Program-made: the position numbers and the translations under genes
Notes under the pieces: generated by a model
What the model saw: the letters and a program-made list of their open reading frames with translations, nothing else
What the model was told of the DNA's origin: nothing
Databases searched by the model: none
Source: Octopus sinensis
Lineage: Eukaryota
Direction of reading: 5' to 3'
Assembly (NCBI RefSeq): GCF_006345805.1
Contig: NC_042999.1
Span: 14,942,001-15,006,000, forward strand
Length of the DNA stretch: 64,000 nt
Part shown: positions 12,607-24,815 of the stretch, piece after piece
Layout: each line of letters begins with the position of its first letter
How positions within the stretch are numbered: the stretch's first letter is position 1

Positions 12607-13055
12607 TGTTTCTTTATTACCCACAAGGGGCTAAACATAGAGGGCACAAACAAGGACAAACAAACAGATTAAGTCGATTACATCAACCCCAGTGCGTAAC
12701 TGGTACTTAATTTATCGACCCCGAAAGGATGAAAGGCAAAGTTGACCTCGGCAAAATTTGAACTCAGAACGTAACGGCAGATGAAATACGGCTACGCATT
12801 TCGCCCGGCGTGCTAACGATTCTGCCAGCTCGCCAATATTGGTTTCAAATTTTGGCACAAGGCCTACAAGATCAGTGGAGGGTTCAAATCAATTACATTT
12901 ACCCCAGTACTATCTTATTGGTACTTATCTTATTGACCTTAAAAGAATGAACAGCAAAATCGACCTTGGCAAAATTTGAACTCAGAGAGTGAAAGACAGG
13001 TGAAATACTGCTAAGCATTTTGCCCGGTGTGCTAACGATTCTGCCAGCTTGTCAC
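12607..13055 (-). mobile_element. tRNA-derived SINE family B, two adjacent copies with different tails
   Basis: A box TGGCAGAATCG, B box GAGTTCAAATT, GCCTTTCATCCTTTCGGGGTCGATAAATTAAGTACCAG central domain. Confidence 0.88.
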
Positions 13056-13104
13056 CTTGCTTGTAATGACAATATTAATAGCACTTATAAAATCATTACA
13101 CAAA

Positions 13105-13215
13105 CAACGTCACCTATCATTACCAATGTTGCCATCATTACCAATGTCACCTATCGTTACCAACGTTGCCTATTGTTACCAACGTCACCTTACTATCGTT
13201 GCCAACGTCACTTTA
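13105..13215. repeat. Short minisatellite (~15-22-bp CCAACGTCACCTATCGTTA units)
   Basis: About 6 imperfect tandem copies. Confidence 0.75.
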
Positions 13216-13465
13216 CTGGCACCTGTGCTGGTGGCATGTGTAAAAGATTCGAGCAAAGTCATTGCCAGTACCGCCTGACTGGCCCCTGTGCTGGTGGCAC
13301 GTAAAAGGCACCCACTACACTCTCGGAGTGGTTGGCATTAGGAAGGGCATCCAGCTGTAGAAACTTGGCCAAATCAAGATTGGGGCCTGGTACAGCCAGC
13401 CTTCAGTCAAAATCGTCCAACCCATGCTAGCATGGAAAGAGGACATTAAACGATGATGAACGATG
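13205..13465 (+). mobile_element. RTE LINE 3'UTR copy
   Basis: Family core plus GAT tail. Confidence 0.8.
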
Positions 13466-13559
13466 AGACTAATTTACTCCTAAAGGAGTAGAACATTGTG
13501 CTTATAGACATTATACTTAAGAGTCACAAGACTTGTCAGTCTGTTTCATGGTCTTAACA

Positions 13560-13790
13560 GACAAAATAGAAAAAGTGTTGGCCTGGAGGATGGCAAGGGA
13601 GACGCACTAAAACAGCCACTCTGAATCACAGGACTTTCTTGCAGATAGCCATCTCTACCCCTATATCAGTGAGCAGGGATGTAGTCCACGGGCCAAGAAC
13701 ACCAGAGGTCTCTACAGCCACAGGCTCAATCTTAAATTTGTTAATGAGTGGCTGATACTTTGACAATTTGCTTTCCTTTTAGTTAATGAA
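13560..13790 (-). pseudogene. RLE-type non-LTR (CRE-like) C-terminal fragment
   Basis: KLSKYQPLINKFKIEPVAVETSGVLGP motif. Confidence 0.55.
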
Positions 13791-14084
13791 GTTGATTGCA
13801 TCAGCCTTGGATTTTTCCAGAGTTACTGGTGCATAAAATGTTGGATATCTTTACAGTAATCAGATATTTAACTCCTGAGTATCCAGATTACTCAGTCAAA
13901 TGAAATGTGCATTTAGTTACATTGCTTTAGATTAATCTCATAGCTTTGAGATTTCGATGACACGACTGTTTATTTTTAGAATGACATTGTAGGGTAGGTA
14001 TGAGAAGCCAGAACTGGCCAGATTGAACATAACACAGGTAGAAATTTTGGGCCAGATATGGCCAGTTTAAATGCAAAAGGGTTA

Positions 14085-14478
14085 AATAGTTGCTTTCAAC
14101 CACATGGTTGCAGTTTCAGTTTCACTTTCTGGCATCTTGGGCAAGTGCCTTCTGCTATAGCCTGGGGCCAACCAAAGCCTTGTGAGTGGATTTGGTAGAC
14201 GGAAACTGAAAGAAACCCATCGTGTGTGTATATATATATATATATGTATGTATATATTTGTGTGTCTGTCTTTGCCCCCTCCAACCACCATTGCTTGACA
14301 ACCGATGTTGGTGCATTTACATCCCTGTAACTTAGCAGTTCAACAAAAGAAACCGATAGAAAATGTACCAGGCTTACAAAGAATAAGTCCTGGGGTTGAT
14401 TTGTTCGACTAAAGGTGGTGCTCCAGCATGGCCGCAGTTAAATGCCTGAAACAAATAAAAGGATAAAAGAATAAAAGA
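14085..14478 (+). mobile_element. SINE family A
   Basis: Homologous to 2757-3171. Confidence 0.85.
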
Positions 14479-14505
14479 ATATATATATATATATATATAT
14501 AAAAA

Positions 14506-14538
<33 letters not shown>

Positions 14539-15118
14539 ATGTCCAACCCGTGCTAGCGTGGAAAACGGACGTTAAACGATGATGATGATGATGATGATGA
14601 TATATATATATATATATATATATTTTGGTGCCCCTTCCTCTCACCCTCTTTAATTCTTTCTTTCTCTCTCTCTCTTGGTCATTTCTCGGCCATCCTCAAT
14701 CCCCCCTCTCTCTTTCTCTCTCACCTTCATGCAACCTGCTGCTGCTAAGCCATTCCACTGCTGACAGCTGCCTGTACAACACATGTGTCCTCTACCGAAA
14801 AGGTAACCGCTTCCCACGCTTGCTGATCAATTGTTTTGTCTCATTTTGTCTCAAAGTCGTTACTGTTTCCAATTTTATCTTCGTCTCTTGTTTTCCTATT
14901 CGTTTCGGTTGTCACATTCTTTCCTTCTACCAAGCAAATCTAATGCCCATAGCTTAGCTTTTCCTTGGGGCTGGCCTTTTCGGAGCAAATCTCAGAATTA
15001 AACAGCCGAAATTTGCCACGATGAATCGGTTTCTGACTGAAGAATGAAGGCTCTGAATTACTGTCCATTTTTCCATGTTTGTCAATTCGTGAATTTCACG
15101 TTCTTTATATATAAGTTT

Positions 15119-15161
<43 letters not shown>

Positions 15162-15175
15162 ATTATATATATATA

Positions 15176-16683
15176 CACAGACATGACGGAAGTAAATAGA
15201 CATCCCATAATAAAATATTGTTTTTGTTTATTCAAACCTGTAAAGGTTTATATTTTTTATTAATTAACATTTTTATGTTTCAGGTTCTATATGTGACTGT
15301 TTAATCATGCCACGTACAAAAGAAGCCTTGCAACAGTCTGAATTTCAAAGAGGCCATATTGTGGGTCATTCTGAAGGTGGACATGGCATAAAATTGTAGA
15401 AAACCTTGGGATCCCACTTTCTACTGTTAATAGCTTGATTGTGCCAGTCACTAGAGAGGGGAAGGAGTCCACATCACCTCGCCCAGATCAACCAGGATCC
15501 TCTGATAGGACCCTTCTCTTTGCTAAGAGAAGTATGGAAGATAATCCTTGTAGCAAGTTCTCTGATATAGTAGAACAAGAGTTGATGTCAGTCCCAGAAC
15601 AGCTGTCAGGTATCTCCACAAACTTGGTTACTGTGGCAGAGCAGCAAGAAGAAAGCTACTTCTTTGACCAGTTAATATCAAGCGGAGAAAAGATTGGGCC
15701 AGTGAGATGGTGGAGAGGCCACTAGCATTTTGGGACACTGTCATATTCTGTGATGAGTCCAGATTTGCTGTATTTCCTGACAGTGGTCGAGTGTAGGTCT
15801 GGAGATTCTGTGATCAATAATTTGATTCGAAAATTTTGTAGCCAACCACGAAGCACGCCAGCTATTCTGCGATGGTCTGGGGAGCAATTTGGAGCAATGG
15901 TTGACCAGAGATGGTGGAGTGTGAGGGAAGCATAAACTCAGATAAATATGTGTCCATATTGCAGAAAGGACTCCTTCCAATCTTCTGCAATGGTGAAGTG
16001 ATTAAAGAAAACTCTTTATTTATGGAAGATGGAGCTCCTTGTCACACGGTTAAAATGAACCAAGATTTGTTGGATGAGAATGGCATTAAAAAAGATTCCA
16101 TGGCCAAGCCTGTCACCAGATATGAACCCTATTGAACACTTCTTGGACATAATGGATGGGACATTTCGTAAAATGAACAAGAAAGCATCTTCAAAGCCAG
16201 AACTTTTGAGATTACTGCATGAAACTTGGCATGAAATTCTGCAAGAGAATATTTTTTTTCATTTATTTTTTATTGCCCACAGAGGGCTAAACATAGAGTG
16301 GACAAACAAGGACAGACAGAGGGATTAATTCAATTACATCGACCACAGTGCGAAACTGGTACTTATTTAATCGACCCCCGAAAGGATGAAAGGCAAAGTT
16401 GGCCTCAGCGGAATTTGAACTCAGAATGTAACAGCAGACGAAATACTGCTTAGCATTTCACCTGATGTGCTAACGATTCTGCCAGCTCGCCAGCTTCTTC
16501 AAGAGAATATTTGCCATCTGATCAGTAACATGCCTAATAGGGTCCTTGCATTGACAAATGCAAAGGGCATGTCTACTGAATATTCACACTAAAACAATTA
16601 ATGAATAATTTGAATGTATAATTTCAGATTTAAATAAATTTTAATGATTATAAGGCTGTATATTTACTTCTCTCATGTCTGTG
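15176..16683 (+). mobile_element. Tc1-family (DD34E) DNA transposon, degenerate
   Basis: TIRs CACAGACATGAcgGAAGTAAATA, TA flanks. Transposase from ATG 15307: IFCDESRF, MVWGAI, FMEDGAPCHT, WPSLSPDMNPIEH. SINE insertion with a 13-bp TSD. Confidence 0.92.
16255..16495 (-). mobile_element. SINE family B inserted in Tc1
   Basis: TSD CAAGAGAATATTT at 16242-16254 and 16500-16512. Confidence 0.9.
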
Positions 16684-16852
16684 TATATATGTGTGTGTGG
16701 GTGACTGGGTGTGTGGGGTATATGAGCAGGTGTGTGTGTGTAAACACGTTTAAGATTTACTTCCTTCACTATGAATTAACTTTTGTTAATTGACTCCTGA
16801 TCAAAACACTACACGCATTTCTTCCTAGTACAGGGTTTCAGACACGCACGTG

Positions 16853-16883
<31 letters not shown>

Positions 16884-16971
16884 CAATAGGTAAGTATGAT
16901 CCAGTGATTCAAGTGTAGGAAGTTAGTAAGCTTCAAACATTTTGGGTTGGTGACAAGAGGAGACTATATAT

Positions 16972-17159
16972 ACTCTTTTACTTGTTTCAGTCAGTTGTGA
17001 CCATGCTGGAGCACTGCCTGTAGTTGAGCAAATCGACCCCAGGGCTTATTCTTTGTAAGCCTAGTACTTATTCTATTGGTTTCTTTTGCCGAGACGCTAA
17101 GTTACAGGAACATAAACACACCACCATCGGTTGTCAAGCAATGTTGGTGGGGACAAACA

Positions 17160-17251
<92 letters not shown>

Positions 17252-17583
17252 TATATATAACTTATAAATGAGGGCAAACAAAAAAAATTTCTAATGCCAA
17301 ATATGCTGAAATTAGACACATTGTCCATTACCATTACAATTTTTCACAATATGCACGCAACTCCAAAAAAGGTTGACAGAAATTTCTAAAAAATTCCATT
17401 ATCACCATATCGGACCGATTTCAGGGTTAGTTCAAAGGAACCCTCCCTTCGTCAGTGATAAATGTGGCAAAGAAATAAATGAGATACTTACTCGGGTATG
17501 AGTAAGTATCAAGGTGCCACACAGTGGGACTGAACCCAGAACCATGTGGTTGGTAAGCAAGCTACTTACCACACAGCCACTCC
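16972..17583 (-). mobile_element. SINE family A, split by an insertion
   Basis: Tail at 16972-17160, head at 17512-17583. Confidence 0.75.
17403..17460 (-). ncRNA. Type-I hammerhead ribozyme motif
   Basis: Reverse complement: TATCA-CTGACGA-AGGGAGGGTT(CCTTTGAACT)AACCCT-GAA-ATCG(GTC)CGAT-A-TGGTG. AUA triplet; helix I contains G.U pairs. Confidence 0.7.
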
Positions 17584-17704
17584 AATGTAAAATATATTTA
17601 TCAACATTGTAAGTGAAACACTTCGTCCCTCATTTAAATTAAAAGGAATTCCAATAAGCTGACTGTCTCCATACAACTCACAGCACAGCAACTAATGTCG
17701 CTAA

Positions 17705-18110
17705 GAATGTGACCTTCAGATGTTGGCTTCCAGAGGAGGGAGGACAAGTGACCAAAACTTCTGGTGATGTGCTTTGCTTGAGAAGACATGTCGAGCTCAG
17801 TAGGTATGTGGTCATCCTTGCATACAGGTATGTCTCCTGCATCCTTCTTCAGCTGAGCATTCATAATCTTGTGGGCTCATTGGTGCCAGTGCCACACAAA
17901 GCACCCATGCTGGTCCCACCCATGACAATGCATGAAAGTACCCAGTACACCTTGTAAAGTAGTTGGCATTAAGTAGGACATCCAGCTGTAGAAACCATGC
18001 CAAAACTGACAGGGAACCTGGGCAGCTCCAGCTGACGAGCTCCTGTCAAACAGTCTAACCCATGTCAATATGGAAAATAGATATTAAATGATGATGATGA
18101 TGATGATGAT
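17705..18110 (+). mobile_element. RTE LINE 3' end, diverged
   Basis: ORF-end remnant, 3'UTR core and (GAT)n. Confidence 0.65.
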
Positions 18111-18438
18111 GGTGGTGTTGATGGTGGTGGTGGTGGTGGTGGTGGTGGTGGAATATAGTCTATATACATGCAATACTGTTAATGCAATTAATGATGGACT
18201 ACACATGAACATGTAACAAATATGCATGAATGGACCTGTTGATTAGCACATATGCTATGTGCAGGAAATTATTGCTGTATTGATTTTGTTTTGTTATGTT
18301 GTTTCATTGTTTTTTAAACTGCCTAGTTTTGACTTGACACGTTCCATGGAATATATCAACAGAACATGTCTGTACGTCCAACTAAACTTGGATATAGACA
18401 TAGGTGAGTACATACACATAAATGCATACATATATATG

Positions 18439-18470
<32 letters not shown>

Positions 18471-18738
18471 ATATATATATACTAAGTAATTAAGGGTTTA
18501 GCAACGATTTGCCTCACCACACACCGAATTTAGAAATAGCAGTCAAAGAGTTATAGCTATTCTTTCTACTAAAAGGGAGATCTCAGTAAAACCACAGCAC
18601 TTGGAAGGCAAACACAGACAGGCAAGAGAGAAAGAAATGACAGCAATCTATCATACAATTTTAAGTCACCTACGGACATACCTTTCGAAATTAAGTTTTA
18701 GGAAAGCATAAGAATTAGATAATTATGTCTTACCCAAC

Positions 18739-18777
<39 letters not shown>

Positions 18778-18798
18778 CATATATATATATATATATAT

Positions 18799-18973
18799 AG
18801 GGAGAGTTTACGAAAAAACAAAAGACGAAGACATGTGGTGTACAAAACAAACAGATGTATTAGTATAATGCTCAGGAATAGAAAAAAGTCTCTTATGTTT
18901 CGAGCCTACGCTCTTCTACAGAAAGGGACACAGAAAAAAACAAGGAGAGAAAAAAATGTGTGTAGTGGCTAAT
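18799..18973 (-). mobile_element. Solo PLE pLTR fragment with hammerhead motif
   Basis: Reverse complement reads CTTTCTGTAGAAGAGCGTAGGCTCGAAACATAAGAGAC. The 3' end abuts (TA)n. Confidence 0.8.
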
Positions 18974-19039
18974 GCGTGTCTGTGTGTATATATATGTATG
19001 TAGGAGTGAGTGAATATGTGTGCATGCATGCCTTATGCA

Positions 19040-19420
19040 TGCAGGGCTTCACAGAGGCAAAGTGGCTGAGTTCCTTTCAAGTGTTGGGCCTCACGGAAGC
19101 AATGACCAAGACCTTTGGCATTATATCATGCTCGAGAAGAAGCCCTATCAAGCAGAGCAAACTCACAGTCATGGCAGATACCAGTGTCACACAAATTGGC
19201 ACCCATGCCAGTGGCATGTAAATGCACCCCAGTGTCATGCAAATGGCTGGTGGAATGTAAAAGCATCCATTACACTCTCAAAGTGGTTGGCATTAGGAAG
19301 GGTATCCAGCTGTAGAAAACCATGTTGAATCAGACTGGAGTCTGGTGCAGCCTTCCAGCCCAGTCAAATCATCCAACCCATGCTGGCATGGACAACAGAA
19401 ATTAAAGGATTATGATGATA
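19040..19420 (+). mobile_element. RTE LINE 3' end
   Basis: VLGLTEAMTK ORF end plus 3'UTR core. Confidence 0.7.
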
Positions 19421-19441
19421 TATACACACACACATATATAC

Positions 19442-20056
19442 AGCTATCCAAATAGACAGCACCCTGGTAGATTAAGCAATTAAGGGTATGAAGCCAGGAA
19501 GAGCCCCTGGCCCATCAGGAATCACTGCTGAGATGCTTAAAATATCTGATGGTGTGGGCTATGGCCTAGTCACCCGCATTGTAAACCAGGTAGTTGATAA
19601 TGGAGTCATATCCAATGACTGGCGTAGGAGCACCATAGTCAACTGCTACAAGAGTAAAGGTGATGCTCTAGATAGAAATAACTACAGGGGTTTCAAACTG
19701 CTGGATCAGGTGATGAAGGTCATAGCCCATCTCATTAGGGAGAGAATCTGCTTAGATGAGATGCCGTTCGGTTTTGTGCCAGGTAGAAGCACCACTGATG
19801 GTATATTCCTGGTTCGACAACTGCAGGAGGAATACCTAGCTAAAGATAAACCCCTATACTTTGCTTTTGTGGACTTGGAGAAAGCCTTTGACAGGGTCCC
19901 CCAATCCCTTATCTGGTGGGTGATGTGGAAACTGGGGATTGATGAATCGTTAATGAGAGCTGTACATGCCCTCTACAGAAGATCAGATTGGAGCTGGTGC
20001 AGCCTTCTGGCTTCACAGACCCCAGTCAAACTGTCCAACCCATGCTAGCATGGAAA
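19442..20056 (+). pseudogene. RTE LINE reverse transcriptase fragment joined directly to 3'UTR
   Basis: APGPSGITAEMLK, KGDALDRNNYRG, FGFVPGRSTTD, FVDLEKAFDRVP motifs in ORF 19488-20048. Confidence 0.9.
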
Positions 20057-20061
20057 ACACA

Positions 20062-20360
20062 TCTCCATAACTTAGCAGTTCGGTGAAAGAGACCAATAGA
20101 ATAAGTATTAGGCTTACATGAAACTTGGCATGAAATTCTGCAAGAGAATATTTTTTTCATTTATTTTTTATTGCCCACAGAGGGCTAAACATAGAGGGGA
20201 CAAACAAGGACAGACAGAGGGATTAATTCAATTACATCGACCACAGTGCGAAACTGGTACTTATTTAATCAACCCCCGAAAGGATGAAAGGATTTGCTAG
20301 ACTAAAAGGCGGTGCTTCAGCATGGCTGCAGTCAAATGACTGAAACAAGTAAAAGAGCAA
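20062..20360 (+). mobile_element. SINE family A 3' part containing a templated insertion
   Basis: Consensus is interrupted at 20117-20291. Confidence 0.8.
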
Positions 20361-20429
20361 AAGAAATGAGGTGAACCTTCGGTATATGTACCAGTTTAAG
20401 TACCGGATACATTTCAAGAAAGTGTATGT

Positions 20430-21113
20430 GTGTGTGTGTGCAGGAGAGATGTTTGCGTTGGTATGGACATGTACTACGGATTGATGAGGAGAGATGTGTG
20501 AAGAAGTGCCACTCCCTAACTGTTGAAGGAATCCGGGGTAGAGGTAGACCCAGGAAGACATGGAATGAGGTGGTCAAGCATGACCTTTGAACGTTGGGCC
20601 TCACAGAGGCAATGACGAAAGACCGAGACCTCTGGAGATATGCTGTGACTGCAAAGACTCGACAAATGAAATGAGTTCATGGCTCACAGGATGGCCCGCT
20701 GTGCTAACCTTAGATCATAGGGTGACATGCTGTGCTTGAGGAGACCTATTGAGTCAAGTACATCAAAATCAAATGGAAATTGTAGTTGTGATACTCATGC
20801 TGGTGGCATGTAATATGCACCATCCGAACGTGGCCGATGCCAGTGCCACCTTGATTGACGTCTGTGACAGTGACACGTAAAAAGCACCAACCAATCGTAG
20901 CTGTTGCCAGCCTCCTCTGGCCCCTGTGCCAGTGGCATGTAAAAAACACCCACTACACTCACGGAGTGGTTGGCATCAGGAAGGGCATCCAGGTGTAGAA
21001 ACACTGCCATATCAGACTGGAGTCTGGTGCAGCCTCCTGGCTTCCCAAACCCCATTCAAACTGTCCAACCCATGCTAGCATGGAGAACGGACGTTAAACG
21101 ATGATGATGATGA
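20430..21113 (+). mobile_element. RTE LINE 3' portion (ORF end, 3'UTR, (GAT)n tail)
   Basis: RWYGHVLR..RGRGRPRKTW..DRDLWR runs into the 3'UTR, which identifies the source of the many short 3'UTR copies. Confidence 0.9.
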
Positions 21114-21429
21114 TATATATATATATATATCATTTTATGATTATATCCTTATCTTATTGGTATATCGAACCTGTTCTGTGTTTTTATCTTTCGTATTTCC
21201 TTGTATTTACCCCATTGCTATTTGTGTTTTCCTGGTATTTTTTATATATTATATATACACAATGGGCGTAAGTACAAGGAAATTCAAAAGATAAAAGAAC
21301 AGAAGTTCTATTTTTTTTTGTATATTTTAGTTATAGCTATTAAAAATAAGAACTAAACTAAGAGTGGGAAAGAAATAGGAAGAGTATCAACTTTATATTT
21401 GTGTTTCTGTGTTTGTTAGTGAATATTCA

Positions 21430-21780
21430 AACGATAAGCAATTTCCCAGATGTTTCTCAGGAATTGAGCCATTGGTGAATCACCATAGTGGAATGGTGTT
21501 AAAAACCCATTCACATTTCTTCCTAGTTTAGCTAAGTTCAACTGCCTACATACCATACTCTTTCGTGTGTATGTGTGGATATACACTAACTCTGTAAGTC
21601 TACTCATCATATTTTCAAAATGGTTACAAATAGCTGTGGAAAGAATACACAGGCTTGCTTTACATACATATACTGTTTGTGTGGGCCACCAAAGGATGGT
21701 GACAAGTCCTATTTCAAACAAACACTCCTTGAGATTGAAAGTGAAATCAAACACTCCCATAAGGTGAGGCCAGAGAAGGA
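21430..21780 (+). pseudogene. Possible degenerate PLE RT C-terminal/thumb fragment
   Basis: FTFLPSLAKFNCLHTILFR..FQNGY-like stretch across frames. Confidence 0.3.
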
Positions 21781-21871
21781 TGCCAGGGTTGTAAAAATGT
21801 AAAGACAAACCCTAAAGCCTTTTATAGATTTGCGAAAGAGTCTGCTTCAGCAAGGTAAAAGATAGGACTGT

Positions 21872-22157
21872 GGCGAGCTGGCAGAAACATTAGCACACCG
21901 GGCGAAATGCTTAGCAATATTTCGTCTGCCGCTGCGTTCTGAGTTCAAATTCCACCGAGGTCGACTTTGCCTTTCGCCCTTTTGGGGTCAATATATTAAG
22001 CACCAGTTACGCACTGGGGTCGATATAATCGACTTAATCCATTTGTCTGTCCGTGTTTGTCCCCTCTGTGTTTAGCCCCTTGTGGGTAGTAAAGAAATAG
22101 GTATTTCATCTGCTGTTACGTTCTGAGTTCAAATTCCACCGAGGTCGACTTTGCCTT
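21872..22157 (+). mobile_element. SINE family B plus partial tandem unit
   Basis: Homology to family B. Confidence 0.88.
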
Positions 22158-22362
22158 GCATATCTCCAGAGGTCTCGGTCTTTCGTCATTGCCTCTATGA
22201 GGCCCATCGTTCGAAGATCATCGTTGACCACCTCATCCCATGTCTTCCTGGGTCTACCTCTACCCCGGATTCATTCGACTGTTTGGGAGTGGCACTTCTT
22301 CACACATCTCTCTTCATCCATCCGTACATGTCCATACCAACATAAACATCTCTCCTGCACAC
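22158..22362 (-). mobile_element. RTE LINE fragment (inverted duplicate of 20430-20643)
   Basis: WYGHVRMDEERCVKKCHS translation; shares its 5' junction with the 20377 copy. Confidence 0.85.
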
Positions 22363-22514
22363 ACACATACACTTTCTTGAAATGTATCCGGTACTTCCGG
22401 TACTTACACCGGTACATATATCGAAGCGTTTTCACAACTCTGTTGGGACACTTGTGTATAACTATATCAGATGAGTTGTTTGGCACCACAGCTCTAGGCA
22501 AAGAGACAGGAATT

Positions 22515-23468
22515 ATTTCATTTAATTTCATTTCATTTGAGTTTGAGTCCATGCTCAAGGCCAAGTCGAAGACTCCACCCTCAGAGTCTGGTGTGGTTGC
22601 CAGGTTGTATTCTCTGTTTAATTTTGACATGTGTAGGAGCGAGTTTGAGTCAGTTTGTGCTCGTTGTGTATATCCTGGGAGATGGGGTTCATCTCTAATG
22701 GTGCTTAAGTATCTATCCAGCTGCAATTTGAATGATTCCACACTGCATCCTGATAGATTTCTGACATGTACCGGAATGGAGTTGAATAGTTGTGCTCCTC
22801 GAACCAACAGACTTGATTCTCGCAGGGTTTTTGCTGCCTGGCCAGCCTTTTTGTTGATTGGTGGTAGCTGGCAGCGTCTTCCGTGGCGCAGTGAGTGGTA
22901 GGTTTTGATACCAAAGTTTGGCACCTTTTGCTCTATCATTTTCCAAATGTATATAATTCGGTATCACTCAAATCTTCTTTCTATTGAGTACATCCTCAAG
23001 GTTTTGAGTCTTTGCCAATAGTCCAGGTCCCTCGTTTCTGAGAAGTATGAGGTAAAATTTCTTTGGAGCGATTCCATCTTAGATAGTTGGCCCTTTGTTG
23101 TTGGTGACCACAACTGAGAACAGTAGTCAATCCTCGGAAGTATCATACTGTTCCAGAGGGTTTTCATTGTTGAGGTATCTCTTGATTTGAAGGTGCGCAA
23201 GATCCACCCGCTGTACTTTCTAGCAGTAAGACAGACTGAGTCAAGGTGTTCTCTGAATTTTAGGCTGGTTCCCATGTGGATGCCTAAATCTTTCACATAC
23301 TGTTTTTCCATTATTTGTTGTCCTGATGGGTTTCTGTAGTTTGTTGTATTTTTCAGATCTTGATCTGTTCCGTAGCGAATTAGTTCAAACTTCTTATCAT
23401 TGAACAACATGTTGTTTGTTTCCTGCCATTTATATATAGTGGTCAGGTCCTTATGTAAGGCCTCTGAT
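22515..23468 (-). mobile_element. CR1/L2-group LINE 3' fragment with (AAATG)n tail
   Basis: WQETNNMLFNDKKF, VKDLGI, GWILRTFKSR, IDYCSQLWSP, LDYWQRLKTLRMYSIERRFE, LFNSIP. Confidence 0.9.
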
Positions 23469-23806
23469 AACATCAAAAAAGAAGAAACTGATGTAATATC
23501 AACCATTGATTTAATGAGTGTAAAAATCAAATTACTTGAATAATTCTTTTCATTTCTTTCTAAATCTATCCACGTTGTAGCCATCAATGTTATTTGGAAC
23601 AGTTAAACCATCATCTCAGTAGAATCTGTAGTTATAAGGAGAAATATACCTTCTGAACGCATCAGGGTTAAGAATCTCACCAAGATGGAAACTATTGTTC
23701 ATCAGAGATTTCAACAGAAATGTCAACCAACGGGTCACTCACATTTTAAGTGCAATGACAGACTTCATCATTTAAGAGCATCTTTCCGATGTTTATAATA
23801 ATAATA

Positions 23807-24190
23807 GTGGAGGCGCAATGGCCCAGTGGTTAGGGCAGCGAACTCGCGGTCGTAGGATCGCGGTTTCGATTCCCAGACCAGGCGTTGTGAGTGTTTATTG
23901 AGCAAAAACACCTAAAGCTCCACGAAGCTCCAGCAGGGATGGTGGTGATCCCTGCTGTACTCTTTCACCACAACTTTCTCTCACTCTTACTTCCTGTTTC
24001 TATGGTACCTGTATTTCAAAGGGCCGGCCTTGTCACTCTCTGTGTCACGCTGAATATCCCTGAAAACTATGTTAAGGGTACACGTGTCTGTGGAGTGCTC
24101 AGCCACTTACACGTTAATTTCATGAGCAGGCTGTTCCGTTGATCGGATCAACCAGAACCCTCGTCATCGTAACCGACGGAGTGCTTCCAC
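23807..24190 (+). mobile_element. tRNA(Arg-like)-derived SINE family C
   Basis: GGCGCAATGGCCCAGTGGTTAGGGCAGCG..CTCGCGG..GGTTTCGATTCC tRNA-like head. Confidence 0.85.
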
Positions 24191-24815
24191 AATAATAATA
24201 ATAATGAAATTATTGTATACAGTGCTCAGGTGCACCACAACTTATCAGAAAGTGCGTATAAAGCATATGCAGTAATGTACAAATGTCTGGAAAGCGAACA
24301 ATGTATGAGTCAAATACATGCTTGTGTGTGTATGGAGGGGAGAAAATCAGGTGTAGTGTTGGTGAATCTCAGAAAGCATGGAAGTTTTGAAGGATGCAGT
24401 GCTCTGACAACTAACAACTGATGCCGGCAGTTTTTTCCATGCTTCAACAACTCTCAGCATGAAAAAATGTTTCCGAAAGCCATGGGAGCTGTGCTGTTTT
24501 CTGACTTTGTAAACATGTCCACGGGTGTTAGACAGGTGGAGTTTGAAAAGGTGCTCAGAGTTATTTAGCTCCTTTATATATCATTACCTGTCTCAGGGCA
24601 CCAAGTGAACAGTGTATGAGTCAGATACATGCTTGTGTGTGTATGGAGGGGAGAAAATCAGGTGTAGTATTGGCAAATCTCAGAAAGCATGGAAGTTTTG
24701 AAGGATGCAGTGCTCCAGCAACTAACAACTGATGCCGGCAGTTTGTTCCATGCTTCAGCAACTCTTAGCATGAAAAAATGTTTCCGAAAGTCATGGGAGC
24801 TGTGCTGTTTTCTGA
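24191..24815 (-). mobile_element. Two CR1-clade 3' fragments (same family as 25925-26342)
   Basis: 24191-24563 and 24605-24815 are reverse complements of parts of 25975-26342. Confidence 0.85.

Noticed and set aside
23812-23880. tRNA-like sequences at SINE heads
   Set aside because: No acceptor-stem closure, and they continue into SINE bodies, so they are not tRNA genes.
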